From: Flavobacteriales bacterium
Lineage (GTDB): Bacteria > Bacteroidota > Bacteroidia > NS11-12g > UBA955
DNA: 64,000 nucleotides
Assembly (NCBI GenBank): GCA_947447955.1
Contig: CANFLS010000005.1
Location: forward strand, 56,082 to 120,081
Direction: 5' to 3'
In this document: in pieces, positions 27,059 to 37,483 of the stretch
Layout: each line of letters begins with the position of its first letter
Position numbering within the stretch: the first letter of the stretch is position 1
Position numbers and translations under genes: made by a program
The notes under the pieces: generated by a model
The model's database searches: none
What the model was told of the DNA's origin: nothing
What the model saw: only the letters and a program-made list of their open reading frames with translations

Positions 27059-28592
27059 AAATAAAAACACCCAATTTGTTTTATTTTGGATACTGCTTCA
27101 AGTATTCTTTAATTGGATTGATTACATTCATCTGCCACCTTTTGGAATGCACCAAGGTGCGCAAGCCGATAGGGCAAGTATTGCATTGAATTACTTCAAT
27201 TATTCAGAGAATTTTTTTGAACCAAGGGTAATGGAATCTAGGGCTTACCATGGCCTCACAGGTTTGGAATTTCCAATCATTCAATACATTGTAAGTTTAC
27301 TTTATAAACTATTCGGATTTCATCACTTCATTTATCGTGCGGTAATGGGTTCAATTGTATTTGGCGGATGCTTTGCTATTTGGAAACTAACAGGTATGTA
27401 TGTATTAAAAACCATCCATAGATACTGTATTTTTACACTTTGGTATTCATCGCCAATCTTGGTTTATTATTCATTTAATTTCATTCCAGATATACCCGCA
27501 TTCTCATTTTCAATGATTGCATGGTACTATTTTTTCCAATATTATCATGGGTTGAATAAAAACAAATCGTTCAATCTTTATATTTTATTTACAACCTTAT
27601 CTGGCTTATTGAAAGTAACATTCTTTATCAACCATTTTGCCATAATAGGGATTGTTTTACTGCAAAAGATCTATCCAAACACAATTCGCAATCAAGTTAC
27701 ATTCAAAACAAAGCAATTTGCATTGCTTTTCTTGCCATTTGTTTTTGTTTCAGCTTGGTATTATTATTCAAATTACTTGACACAACTTACTTGGAATCAT
27801 CATTTTTTACAGGCAACAAATCCCGCAAAATCAATATCAGATTTCATTGAAAATACCCGTTTTTCTTTTAATACTTGGGGAAATAGAATTTATCCATTTT
27901 CAGTATTGATGGGGGTTTTGATTATTTGGCTCATATCATTAATCAAGTATTTTAAACAATTAGACATAATCGGATACATAGGTTTATTCCTTTTCGGAGG
28001 ATTTGTCATTATTTTTACGCTGTTTAACGTCCAATTTCGCTACCACGATTATTATTTTGTGGTTCTGTACCCATGTTTGTTTTTTATATTTCTATGGCTC
28101 TATAAAATGCACATTGAAAATAGAAGTTTCTTTACCGGGCTAGCAGGTGTAGCCAGTTTAATTGCAATGTATGTTTTGCCAATTTCAAATAGCATTCATG
28201 CAAAAAACAATGTAAAACGTACATTTACAAACAACGACTATTATTGCCAAAACGTTATTGGAAATATTGATGATTATCAAAAGGCAAAGGAATTTATTGA
28301 CAAAAAATATCCAAATAATGATGAAATTTTCTCAGCCTTCGACCCTAGCCCCAATACATCTTTATATTTGCTTGGAAGACAAGGAATTAGAATTGCCAAA
28401 GATTTCAACAAAGAGGTAGTTGAAGATATTTTCGATAGAAAATTTGAAGAAAAAGACACCAAATTCTTACCTATAATTGTAATCAATGATTACGCATTTT
28501 GGAAGAGTTTAAACATTGAAAAGTATCAAATTTCAGCGCCAATTTTCACTTCCGGAACTGTTACAATTTGTTATTTTACTAAAATAAAATAA
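27048..28592 (+). CDS. Polytopic membrane protein with GT-C-like architecture (putative polyprenyl-phosphate-sugar-dependent glycosyltransferase)
   Basis: By eye, 10 or more hydrophobic segments over ~380 aa followed by a ~130-aa soluble C-terminal domain. 11-nt overlap with the GT2 gene. No motif I can assign to ArnT/PMT with certainty. Confidence 0.45.
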   Translation: MNLKNKNTQFVLFWILLQVFFNWIDYIHLPPFGMHQGAQADRASIALNYFNYSENFFEPRVMESRAYHGLTGLEFPIIQYIVSLLYKLFGFHHFIYRAVMGSIVFGGCFAIWKLTGMYVLKTIHRYCIFTLWYSSPILVYYSFNFIPDIPAFSFSMIAWYYFFQYYHGLNKNKSFNLYILFTTLSGLLKVTFFINHFAIIGIVLLQKIYPNTIRNQVTFKTKQFALLFLPFVFVSAWYYYSNYLTQLTWNHHFLQATNPAKSISDFIENTRFSFNTWGNRIYPFSVLMGVLIIWLISLIKYFKQLDIIGYIGLFLFGGFVIIFTLFNVQFRYHDYYFVVLYPCLFFIFLWLYKMHIENRSFFTGLAGVASLIAMYVLPISNSIHAKNNVKRTFTNNDYYCQNVIGNIDDYQKAKEFIDKKYPNNDEIFSAFDPSPNTSLYLLGRQGIRIAKDFNKEVVEDIFDRKFEEKDTKFLPIIVINDYAFWKSLNIEKYQISAPIFTSGTVTICYFTKIK

Positions 28593-30002
28593 TTAGAAAA
28601 TTTGATATCCTAAGTGCATTCCTATTCCTCCACCGTGCCATTTTGAAGGATTAATAAAAGATTCTATTCCTATTAAATTAATACCCCAAACCAAAGGTTT
28701 TCCTTTGAAATTAAACGAATTAAAACTCAAACCACAGTTTATATCAAAATCATCAAATCCACCAACACTTGCACCTACTTGGTAAAAAAACGGCGAGGTT
28801 TTATTGCTCTTTTTGCTATTGTATTTTCCCTTAAAGGTTGCCATATAATTCAATCGCGGCAAGTAGCCAATTACATTGAAGTATTTTAAAGAAATCAATT
28901 GATTGTATAATTTCGAATTGAAATTATTTCTATTTCTAAAATCAATACCGGCATAAATGGTAAATGGCGACATAATCATTCCTCTGCGTTTCGAGTCAAC
29001 CAAATTCAGTTTACTTACAATGCTATCTTTTTGCCTGGTAAACCAAGAGCCGAAGCGCAAATCTGATGCATTAATTTGCACAGCTGTTAAGTTTAATGGC
29101 TTAGAATTCTGATAACTATCAGGAGTTAGCCCTTCACCGTTTGCATTCCATACAGCGTCTTTGCCAGTTACATTCACATCTGAAAAGCTGTAAAAACCGA
29201 AATTTTGCAATTTCAATTCAATGTTTGTTAGCAATCCATTTGTATTTAAAATAGATTTTGTTAAATCTAATCCTGCTTGCAATCCATATCCATTGCCACC
29301 AAAAGAATATCCAGTTGAAGCAAAATACCCACTACCTGAAAAATCAACCTTGTCGCCTAATTGATCACTTGTTAACTTAATATCTTTGGTTGAAATTCGA
29401 GTATATGACAAACATTGACCGAACTGGATATTGGGATTTACACTAAATCCAAAAAATTTAGACTTTGTTTTAAATACAAATCGAAGCACCCTATTTCTCC
29501 AAGATTCAATTTCATTATTATCGGCATTTAAGGTTTGACCCAAATAATTGGTATTTCCCTGAAAGAACATTCTAAATGCATCTTGCGTGAAATTTGCACC
29601 TTGTAAATCTTGAATAAGCAATTCAACAGTTTTTAAGGATATATTTTTATTACTTTCAACACCAATAATAGGATAAAGCGTTAAACGATATTCCTGACTT
29701 GCTCCCATTCGATTTGAGTTACTCAACAACGACTGATAATTGTTCATGCTCTCAGGTGATATATAACCCCCAAAGGCAAATTTAGACACCATTGAAAGAG
29801 GCACCGCGTTTGAACCGGATTCTATATCAAATGACGCAATTGGCATTATCATTGATACATTATTGCTTATAACCGGCTCGAGATTAGTTCTAATTGGGAA
29901 ACCTATTTTAGCCATACCCAATGAATCATTCAATCCAATTAATTGATAAACTGGCAAAAAACCAACTAATAAAATAAGTTTAATTCCTAGCTTCATACTC
30001 AA
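28593..30002 (-). CDS. Hypothetical outer-membrane beta-barrel protein (469 aa)
   Basis: Hydrophobic N-terminus, G/N/S/F/Y-rich alternating sequence, C-terminal ...GIGMHLGYQIF ending in an aromatic residue (BAM-substrate-like). 23-nt overlap with the upstream lipoprotein gene. Confidence 0.5.
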   Translation of the reverse strand: MSMKLGIKLILLVGFLPVYQLIGLNDSLGMAKIGFPIRTNLEPVISNNVSMIMPIASFDIESGSNAVPLSMVSKFAFGGYISPESMNNYQSLLSNSNRMGASQEYRLTLYPIIGVESNKNISLKTVELLIQDLQGANFTQDAFRMFFQGNTNYLGQTLNADNNEIESWRNRVLRFVFKTKSKFFGFSVNPNIQFGQCLSYTRISTKDIKLTSDQLGDKVDFSGSGYFASTGYSFGGNGYGLQAGLDLTKSILNTNGLLTNIELKLQNFGFYSFSDVNVTGKDAVWNANGEGLTPDSYQNSKPLNLTAVQINASDLRFGSWFTRQKDSIVSKLNLVDSKRRGMIMSPFTIYAGIDFRNRNNFNSKLYNQLISLKYFNVIGYLPRLNYMATFKGKYNSKKSNKTSPFFYQVGASVGGFDDFDINCGLSFNSFNFKGKPLVWGINLIGIESFINPSKWHGGGIGMHLGYQIF

Positions 30003-32019
30003 ATTGAATTCTAGATTTAACTTTCAACTTACTCGTATTAAAAAGTCGTTGCATTTTGCCATTGCCCTTCACTTTCATTTTCAAAGCCACATAACCAGCC
30101 GTTTTTAACATCCCCACTTTTTCTCTAGGCAATTTTATAACCATCATGGAACTATTCGCTTTAACGGGATAACCGTTTGCATCCACATCTCCTGCCAATA
30201 TTCCAGAAGCAGGATCAACATTTAAAAATCCTAATGATTTATATTGGTTATCGAGCATTTCAACTTCAATTCCAAAATCCATAGGGAATGAATTGGTCAT
30301 ATCAAGGAACAATGTAGCACTTTTGATTCTCTCCATTGCACCAATATTGCTCAAATTCAAACCTTGTGTGTCCCTCAAAACAAAACCTCCAAAAGCAAAT
30401 GTTGCAGGAGCTTGAACCCTCATGATTACATCGAGTCGTGAATTATCAAACACAAAATCCTTGTAATTATTGACATTACCATTTGGCGAAATTTCAGTTT
30501 CCAAATCATAATTTAATTTCTGAGGGAGATTTTCTAAAAAGGACTTAATATTTGAATTGTTTGGATTTAAATCAACCACAGTTTCAGTATATTTATCTCT
30601 TTGGAAAATTGGCGATGTCACAAATAAATCATTCATCAACGGATTCGCACTCAAAGCAACTTTACTGCTGTTAAAAACATTTTCACCTTCCAGAGAATGT
30701 AATTTAAATCTACCATCCGTACCGATGCTATTTCGCAATACAAATGAAACATTGATATCTTTCACTTTTAAATCGCCGTCTAATCCTTTAAATAAACTAA
30801 AATCTGTTACTTTAGGCCCAGTTCTATTTAAAGAATTTCCCAAATACCCAATGGCGTATTCCGGTTTTAATCCTTCAATTCGGTAAGTAAGTTTGATACT
30901 GTCTTTTAAACTTACAGCCAACTTTCTTCCGCTACTGTCAAGGGTCACTCTTAAAATTTGATGGAACGTATTTACAGTGTCATTAATTGATGGGTCTTTC
31001 CCTCTAAAGTCTAACAAGAAACCCGACATATCATAAATCTGTTGCGTTGTGGCAACTCCATTTCCTGCAGAACCTGGCATTTTTAGTTCTTGATAAAAAG
31101 GCTTACCATCTTTCATTGCACCCGGCAAAGAAAGAACCATAGACATATCCTCTTGAATGGTACTTTCAACTTTTATTCTCAACTGACCCGAAGCAACCTT
31201 GAAATACTTTACTTGCGCGCCACCCATATAAAGAGTCAACCCTTCATCTTGGTCAATTACATTTTGTGTTGGGAAAGCAGCGATGGCATTTCTCGGCCTC
31301 AAATTACGAACGGATAATTTTACGTTTATACCCTTACTTGCATCAATTAAAACCAAACCACCACTTGCCTCTGTTATGAGTTTTTTGATGGTTCCTTTTA
31401 AAGTTTTGGTAACTGTTTTGTTGCGTAAATCAATTGTTTTGGTAGCGATACCACCATTTTTATTGATATTTTTAAACGAATCAAGTGCAACAACGGAATT
31501 ATCACCCGCATTTGTTAATTCAAACACAATTAACGAAATATTTACAGGTAAACCGTTAGTGATTGATATATCCAAATAACCCGTATCTAAAGTTGCGGTT
31601 TCAAAGAAAGCACTGGCATCAATATCGGTTGGATCTAAATTCGATTGAACTTGAGCCGGAATATCGGCGGTTTGTCCATTTAGAATTTTAAACAATGGAT
31701 TAATTTGCCCCAAAGTGATGTTGTTTTCAATAGTTCTATCGCTTAGTTTTAGTTTTCTCAAACTAAAAAAGGCATCAATTCCAGTATCTGTAGCCTGCAA
31801 ATCATTGATTTTGTATCTATAAATTAGATTTTCATAATTCAATAGATAACTACTATCTGTTAATGTTGGCTTTAAATATCGCGTATCAACATTGTCAAGC
31901 GACATTTCCGTTTGAAATAAAGGCAAAGTAGAATTTACATCCCAACTTGTTTGCTCTCTAGAACATGCAATAAATAATACTGCAGAAATGATGAATATAT
32001 GTACCTTTTTAAAAATCAT
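29980..32019 (-). CDS. Hypothetical large lipoprotein (679 aa)
   Basis: MIFKKVHIFIISAVLFIAC|SREQ lipobox. Long beta-rich N/T/S/D-rich sequence. No catalytic motif recognised. Confidence 0.55.
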   Translation of the reverse strand: MIFKKVHIFIISAVLFIACSREQTSWDVNSTLPLFQTEMSLDNVDTRYLKPTLTDSSYLLNYENLIYRYKINDLQATDTGIDAFFSLRKLKLSDRTIENNITLGQINPLFKILNGQTADIPAQVQSNLDPTDIDASAFFETATLDTGYLDISITNGLPVNISLIVFELTNAGDNSVVALDSFKNINKNGGIATKTIDLRNKTVTKTLKGTIKKLITEASGGLVLIDASKGINVKLSVRNLRPRNAIAAFPTQNVIDQDEGLTLYMGGAQVKYFKVASGQLRIKVESTIQEDMSMVLSLPGAMKDGKPFYQELKMPGSAGNGVATTQQIYDMSGFLLDFRGKDPSINDTVNTFHQILRVTLDSSGRKLAVSLKDSIKLTYRIEGLKPEYAIGYLGNSLNRTGPKVTDFSLFKGLDGDLKVKDINVSFVLRNSIGTDGRFKLHSLEGENVFNSSKVALSANPLMNDLFVTSPIFQRDKYTETVVDLNPNNSNIKSFLENLPQKLNYDLETEISPNGNVNNYKDFVFDNSRLDVIMRVQAPATFAFGGFVLRDTQGLNLSNIGAMERIKSATLFLDMTNSFPMDFGIEVEMLDNQYKSLGFLNVDPASGILAGDVDANGYPVKANSSMMVIKLPREKVGMLKTAGYVALKMKVKGNGKMQRLFNTSKLKVKSRIQFEYEARN

Positions 32020-32038
32020 TTAACACGCAATTTACATT

Positions 32039-32509
32039 TTATTTGGCGAGTCCCCAACCAAATTGAGTGCCTAACAAACTTTTACCACCAAAAATCATTA
32101 TCCCCCAAATAAAAATAGAGATAATCATATAGGTGACTATTTTGGGTCTATTGTGAATGAAAGTAATTGCCAATAGGCAACCAACGGTTAAACTAATTAC
32201 CACTGGCGACAAAAAAGCAACCAATGGCAAACCACCATTCTTTCTAATTTTTACCAAAAATCGATTTTTTTTAGTGAAAACTAAAGGCTTTTTGTATTTA
32301 TCGCCTTGTCTCCTAATTTTACGCTCTCTAAAAAACCGTGTCAACTCAGTTCCACCGTAAACATAAATTAAAACCGCAATACTCGAACCTATTGTGGTTG
32401 AAAGAAATCCTTCAATTGGATTCAGCCACTTTAAAGCAAAGGTTACACCAATTAAATACTTGATAATTGATAAACCCAAAGTGCCTAAAACCTTAAAAAT
32501 TAATTCCAT
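32039..32509 (-). CDS. Small integral membrane protein (~4 TM, basic central loop)
   Basis: 156 aa. Hydrophobic segments flank RERKIRRQGDKYKKPLVFTKKNRFLVKIRKNGG. First gene of the minus-strand cluster. Confidence 0.5.
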   Translation of the reverse strand: MELIFKVLGTLGLSIIKYLIGVTFALKWLNPIEGFLSTTIGSSIAVLIYVYGGTELTRFFRERKIRRQGDKYKKPLVFTKKNRFLVKIRKNGGLPLVAFLSPVVISLTVGCLLAITFIHNRPKIVTYMIISIFIWGIMIFGGKSLLGTQFGWGLAK

Positions 32510-32594
32510 TTTTTACAATTTACGCAATTTATGTCAATTTTTTATAGAAATCGGCACCTTATAAAAGATAATACCTCAAAAATTATACGCAAAT

Positions 32595-34625
32595 TTGCAA
32601 ATCAAATTGAAAAAACAATTTAAACATATCTTATTTGTGGTTTGTGTACTTACACTTTTTATTCATAAAGTGGATGCACAAATTTTCTCAAACTCCCAAG
32701 GTTCTATAGAAGAACCCAAGAGCGCAGACACCGCCAGTATGAAAAGAGATTCAATTGAAAAAGCGAATAAGCCAAAAAAACTCCGTGCTTATCCAAAATC
32801 TCAGTTGGCGAATACACTTTGGCAAATGAGAGATTCATTGCACCAATCAGACTCAACTTTTTCCAATGTTCATAGATACTTTCCCGCTAGTAAACAAATT
32901 ATTCCAAGCGCAAACCTCGGCGTAATTGGGTCACCAGAGAAACTGTTGGCCATACAGCCATTTACAAATTCCGGAATTCAAATAGGGTTTCAGCAGTTTC
33001 CTTTACAAGGAAAAACACCCGATAATTTGGAATTTCACAAAGTTTCGCAACCCTTTACCAATGTTAAATATTTACAAGGTGGAGGAGGTATTATTGGTTT
33101 AGACATTTTGCATACTCAAAATTTATCTGCCACTTGGAATGTAACAATTGATTATAGTAGTATATTGAATGAAGACATGTATACGCCCAAAGTGGCACTT
33201 CAGCAAAACTTAAATCGCAACACCATTTTAGGTAGCAATTTCACTTCCAAAAATGGCAAATACGAGCAACAGATTATTTTCTCTTGGAATAGGAATCGCA
33301 GACTTGAAAACGGAGGACTTAAAACAGACAGCTTATTTTATGGCCCAAATTTCCAAGCTTCAAACTCAATTGAACAACGATTATTTGGAAACTACTATCC
33401 CAATTTAACAAATGCCAAATCATTTTGGGCTCAAACCGATCACAGATTTAAGCACCGCTATTTTCTCGACTCATCCAAAACTTTTGGAATTTCGCAAAGT
33501 TTGCGTTTTCAAAAAGTACGATTTCAATACACTGACAAAACCAGAGACACATCATTCTATGGCAATGAATACAATTTTACAAAAAATAAAATTGCCGATA
33601 GCACATCGTATAATCTATTTGAACATAAAGTTGGGGTCAATTTTCAAAAAACTTTCTCATCGCTAACAGCCAATCTACAGGTAAATCATATTTTTCAATA
33701 TTTGGATTATCAATACGATACATTTTTAACCAAAGTAAAAAGTTACTCCATAAATACCCAAGGTTTTGAAGGAATTTTAAACACAAAATACAAGAGTTGG
33801 CAAATATTTGCAGAAGCAAATTTGTTTGTTTTGGGTTATGCTCAAAAAGCATTTTTGTTGAATGCTGAATTGAAAAAAAGCTTCAATAAAGAATACTTCT
33901 TAACGCTGAGAGGACAAATTTCCAATCAACCCGTAGCGCAATATTTATCTACTTTCACAAACAATCATTACTATTTCTCGGCGGATAGCCTTAGCTCAAC
34001 TCCAAGTAATCCGAATTTTACGCAACAACAGTTTGCGTGTATTAACATTGTCAAAAAAGGTAAGTTTCTATGGGGAAATATGGGATTAACTTTAGGTAGT
34101 TTGCAGAACGACTATATTGGCATAAACATTGCTGTCCCTCAAAAAATAGACATTGTAAATTATGTTCAATTTTCAACGGATGTTTCTTTGAAAATCGGTC
34201 ATTTCATTTTCCAAGAACAGGTATTTTTACAGCTGAATCAAAATAAAGAATTGGCAAATTACGGATTACCCAAATTGAATGCACGTTCTGCCATTTTCTA
34301 TCAAAATGAAGCATTTGATCAGGCTTTATTATTTAGAATTGGTATTGAGGGAACTTATACATCTCAATATATGCAACTCAATTACAGACCAGATGCCGGC
34401 GCATTTTATTGGAATACCAATAACTTAAATCCTCTAGGAAATTACCCTGTATTTGATATATTTATAAGCGGACGAATTCAAACGGTTGATCTATTTTTAA
34501 AGTATGAACACTTAAACGAATGGCTCATCGTTCCTGGTGTAAACAAAAGATACGAACAGGTATATAAATACCCAATTGAACCCTATCGTTTAAGATTCGG
34601 ATTCAATTGGAGATTCTGGAATTAA
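32595..34625 (+). CDS. Hypothetical large outer-membrane beta-barrel protein (~670 aa)
   Basis: Signal peptide ...ILFVVCVLTLFIHKVDAQ (the true start is probably TTG 32607 or nearby). Y/F/N/Q-rich. C-terminal RLRFGFNWRFWN aromatic terminus. Confidence 0.5.
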   Translation: MQIKLKKQFKHILFVVCVLTLFIHKVDAQIFSNSQGSIEEPKSADTASMKRDSIEKANKPKKLRAYPKSQLANTLWQMRDSLHQSDSTFSNVHRYFPASKQIIPSANLGVIGSPEKLLAIQPFTNSGIQIGFQQFPLQGKTPDNLEFHKVSQPFTNVKYLQGGGGIIGLDILHTQNLSATWNVTIDYSSILNEDMYTPKVALQQNLNRNTILGSNFTSKNGKYEQQIIFSWNRNRRLENGGLKTDSLFYGPNFQASNSIEQRLFGNYYPNLTNAKSFWAQTDHRFKHRYFLDSSKTFGISQSLRFQKVRFQYTDKTRDTSFYGNEYNFTKNKIADSTSYNLFEHKVGVNFQKTFSSLTANLQVNHIFQYLDYQYDTFLTKVKSYSINTQGFEGILNTKYKSWQIFAEANLFVLGYAQKAFLLNAELKKSFNKEYFLTLRGQISNQPVAQYLSTFTNNHYYFSADSLSSTPSNPNFTQQQFACINIVKKGKFLWGNMGLTLGSLQNDYIGINIAVPQKIDIVNYVQFSTDVSLKIGHFIFQEQVFLQLNQNKELANYGLPKLNARSAIFYQNEAFDQALLFRIGIEGTYTSQYMQLNYRPDAGAFYWNTNNLNPLGNYPVFDIFISGRIQTVDLFLKYEHLNEWLIVPGVNKRYEQVYKYPIEPYRLRFGFNWRFWN

Positions 34626-37450
34626 TGCGCTTCTAACCAATTATTTCCAACACCGGTTTCGACCAAAATTGGAACATCTAATTGCATTGCTGATTCCATC
34701 AATTCTTTTACTTTAGATTGAACTATTTCTATTTCATTTTTAGGGACATCAAACAACAATTCATCATGCACTTGCAACATCATTTTGGTTTGCAAGGTGG
34801 TTGATTTCAACCAATTTTGAATGTTAATCATGGCAATTTTAATCATATCGGCTGCACTTCCTTGAATTGGCGCATTGATTGCATTTCGTTCCGCAAAGCC
34901 TCTTACCACGGCATTTTTGCTATTGATATCTCTCAAATTGCGTTTTCTGCCCACCAAAGTTTCTACATAGCCCAAATCACGCGCAGAATTGATGGTATTA
35001 TCCATGTATGATTTGATTCCTGGAAACTGAACAAAGTAATTATCAATGATTTCTTTTGCTTCAGATCTAGGAATATTTACCCTCTGACTTAATCCAAATG
35101 CTGAAATACCATAAATGATACCAAAATTAACCGTTTTGGCCTTTCTACGCATTTCTTTATCTACGTCGGCCAACTCAACACCCCAAACTTTGGCTGCTGT
35201 TGCTGTGTGAATGTCTAGCCCTTGATTGAATGCTTCTATCATGGTAGCATCTTTTGAAATATGTGCAATTATTCTCAATTCAATTTGAGAATAATCTGCA
35301 CTTAACAGCAAATGATTTTCATCTCTAGGAACAAACGCTTTTCTTATTTCTCTACCCAAATCGGTGCGAATTGGAATATTTTGCAAATTGGGATTTTGAC
35401 TACTCAACCTTCCGGTTGCCGCCACTGCCTGATTAAAACTTGTATGAACCCTTCCTGTTTGACTTTTCACCAACAATGGCAAAGCATCAACGTATGTACC
35501 TTTTAGTTTCTGCAAAGCCCTAAAATTCATGATATACTCAATAATTTCATGTTTCCCCATCAACGAAACAAGCGTTTCTTCGTCGGTTTGATATTGGCCA
35601 GTTTTTGTTTTCTTTGGTTTGTCTGATAGTTTCAATCGTTCAAACAATACTGCTCCCACTTGCTGTGGCGAAGAAATATTAAATTGCATTCCCGCACTTT
35701 CAAAAATCTTTGTTTGTAATTCTAAAGCCTGCAATTGCAGTTCTTTACTATATGCATTTAAAAAATCAGTATCAATTTTAACACCCTCTGATTCCATTTC
35801 CATAAGTACTTCAACCAAAGGTATTTCAATATCGTTAAAAACAGAGTTTAGGCCTCTATCTTCAATTTCAACCATCAATTTTTGTTTCAATTGAAGCGTA
35901 ACATCGGTATCTTCAGCCGCATACTCAGCAATTTTTTCTATATCAACATCAGACATATTGCCTTGCATTTTGCCTTTTTTACCAATTAAAGTTTCAATTG
36001 AAATAGGTGAATAATTCAAATATTGCTCACTCAAAACTTGCATATTATGGCGTTGGTCTGGCTCAACCAAATAATGCGCTAACATAGTATCATAAAATGG
36101 AGCAACCATTTTTAGATCATATTTTTTAAGCATTGCCATATCAAATTTCAAATTCTGAGCAATTTTTAATTTATTCGAAAGAAATAAAGGCTGAAATTTT
36201 TGAAGGACATTTTTGGCTTCTTCAAAATTATTTGGAAGTGGGATATAGACCCCTTGACCATTTAACCAAGAGAATGAAATTCCGACAATTTCAGCAACAA
36301 ATAAATCTAAATCAGTTGTTTCAGTATCAAAACAAAATTCTTCTTGATTGGATAATTCTTGAATCAATTCTTCGATTTCAGTATCTGTCAAAATAGCTTT
36401 ATAACTGTGAGCTACATCTTGAATTGTTTGATAAACTGGCGCAGCAATTTCTTCTTCGTCTGATTCAGGTTGACTGAATAAATCGAACATTGAGGTTTGT
36501 GCTGGATTAGATTTGACAGCCGGTTTTGCTTTTGCAACAGGAGAAGTATTTGAAGTTTCATCTGAAACAGTTGTACCCAAAACCCTTTTCAATAAAGTTC
36601 TAAATTCTAATTCATGAAATACTTCGGTTATAAGTTCTGCATTTTTGGGTTTAATTTCTAATGATTCAATATCAATATGAACTGGCACTTTGGTATCAAT
36701 GGTGGCCAACCATTTACTAACCTTGGCTTGTTCAGAAAACTCTTCAAATTTTTCTTTCATCTTGCCTTTTAGTTCATGGGTATGGGCCAAAATATTTTCC
36801 ATTGTACCATATTCTTGAATTAATTTTTTAGCAGTTTTTTCTCCAACACCGGGAACACCAGGAATATTATCGGCGGCATCTCCCCATAACCCCAAAATAT
36901 CAATTACTTGATCAACCCTTTCAATTTCCCACTTTTTTAGAATTTCGTTCACTCCTAAAATTTCATCTGGATTACCCATTCTGCCAGGTTTGTATATATG
37001 AACCCTCTCTTTCACCAATTGACCAAAATCTTTATCGGGGGTCATCATAAACACATCCATGTTTTCAGCCTGCCAAGCCAAAGTTCCGATGATATCATCG
37101 GCTTCATAACCATCCATGGAAATTACTTGAATATTAAAACCATTCAAAATTTTAACAATGTAAGGCAAACTTTTCCTAAGGTCTTCCGGCATTGGATCTC
37201 TATGTGCCTTGTATTTCTCATACTCAATATGTCGTTGAGTAGGCTTATCTGTATCAAAAACCACAGCAATATGAGTGGGTTTTTGTTTATTAAGAATGTC
37301 TAACAAAGTATTTGTAAAACCTAACATGGCACTTGCGTTTATTCCAGTGCTTGTAATTCTTGGATTTTGGCTAAACGCAAAAAAGGCCCGATAAACGAGG
37401 GCCATACCATCTAATAAAAACAATTTCCGCTCTTGCATATGAGGTAGCAA
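34622..37450 (-). CDS. polA: DNA polymerase I
   Basis: 5' nuclease (LFLLDGMALVYRAFFA), 3'-5' exonuclease (CFDTETT), polymerase motifs DYSQIELR, RRKAKTVNFGIIYG, QVHDEL. The start may be the downstream ATG at 37438. Confidence 0.95.
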   Translation of the reverse strand: MLPHMQERKLFLLDGMALVYRAFFAFSQNPRITSTGINASAMLGFTNTLLDILNKQKPTHIAVVFDTDKPTQRHIEYEKYKAHRDPMPEDLRKSLPYIVKILNGFNIQVISMDGYEADDIIGTLAWQAENMDVFMMTPDKDFGQLVKERVHIYKPGRMGNPDEILGVNEILKKWEIERVDQVIDILGLWGDAADNIPGVPGVGEKTAKKLIQEYGTMENILAHTHELKGKMKEKFEEFSEQAKVSKWLATIDTKVPVHIDIESLEIKPKNAELITEVFHELEFRTLLKRVLGTTVSDETSNTSPVAKAKPAVKSNPAQTSMFDLFSQPESDEEEIAAPVYQTIQDVAHSYKAILTDTEIEELIQELSNQEEFCFDTETTDLDLFVAEIVGISFSWLNGQGVYIPLPNNFEEAKNVLQKFQPLFLSNKLKIAQNLKFDMAMLKKYDLKMVAPFYDTMLAHYLVEPDQRHNMQVLSEQYLNYSPISIETLIGKKGKMQGNMSDVDIEKIAEYAAEDTDVTLQLKQKLMVEIEDRGLNSVFNDIEIPLVEVLMEMESEGVKIDTDFLNAYSKELQLQALELQTKIFESAGMQFNISSPQQVGAVLFERLKLSDKPKKTKTGQYQTDEETLVSLMGKHEIIEYIMNFRALQKLKGTYVDALPLLVKSQTGRVHTSFNQAVAATGRLSSQNPNLQNIPIRTDLGREIRKAFVPRDENHLLLSADYSQIELRIIAHISKDATMIEAFNQGLDIHTATAAKVWGVELADVDKEMRRKAKTVNFGIIYGISAFGLSQRVNIPRSEAKEIIDNYFVQFPGIKSYMDNTINSARDLGYVETLVGRKRNLRDINSKNAVVRGFAERNAINAPIQGSAADMIKIAMINIQNWLKSTTLQTKMMLQVHDELLFDVPKNEIEIVQSKVKELMESAMQLDVPILVETGVGNNWLEAH

Positions 37451-37483
37451 GTTAAGAAATTTTTTGCCTAAAATTTGATTTAT

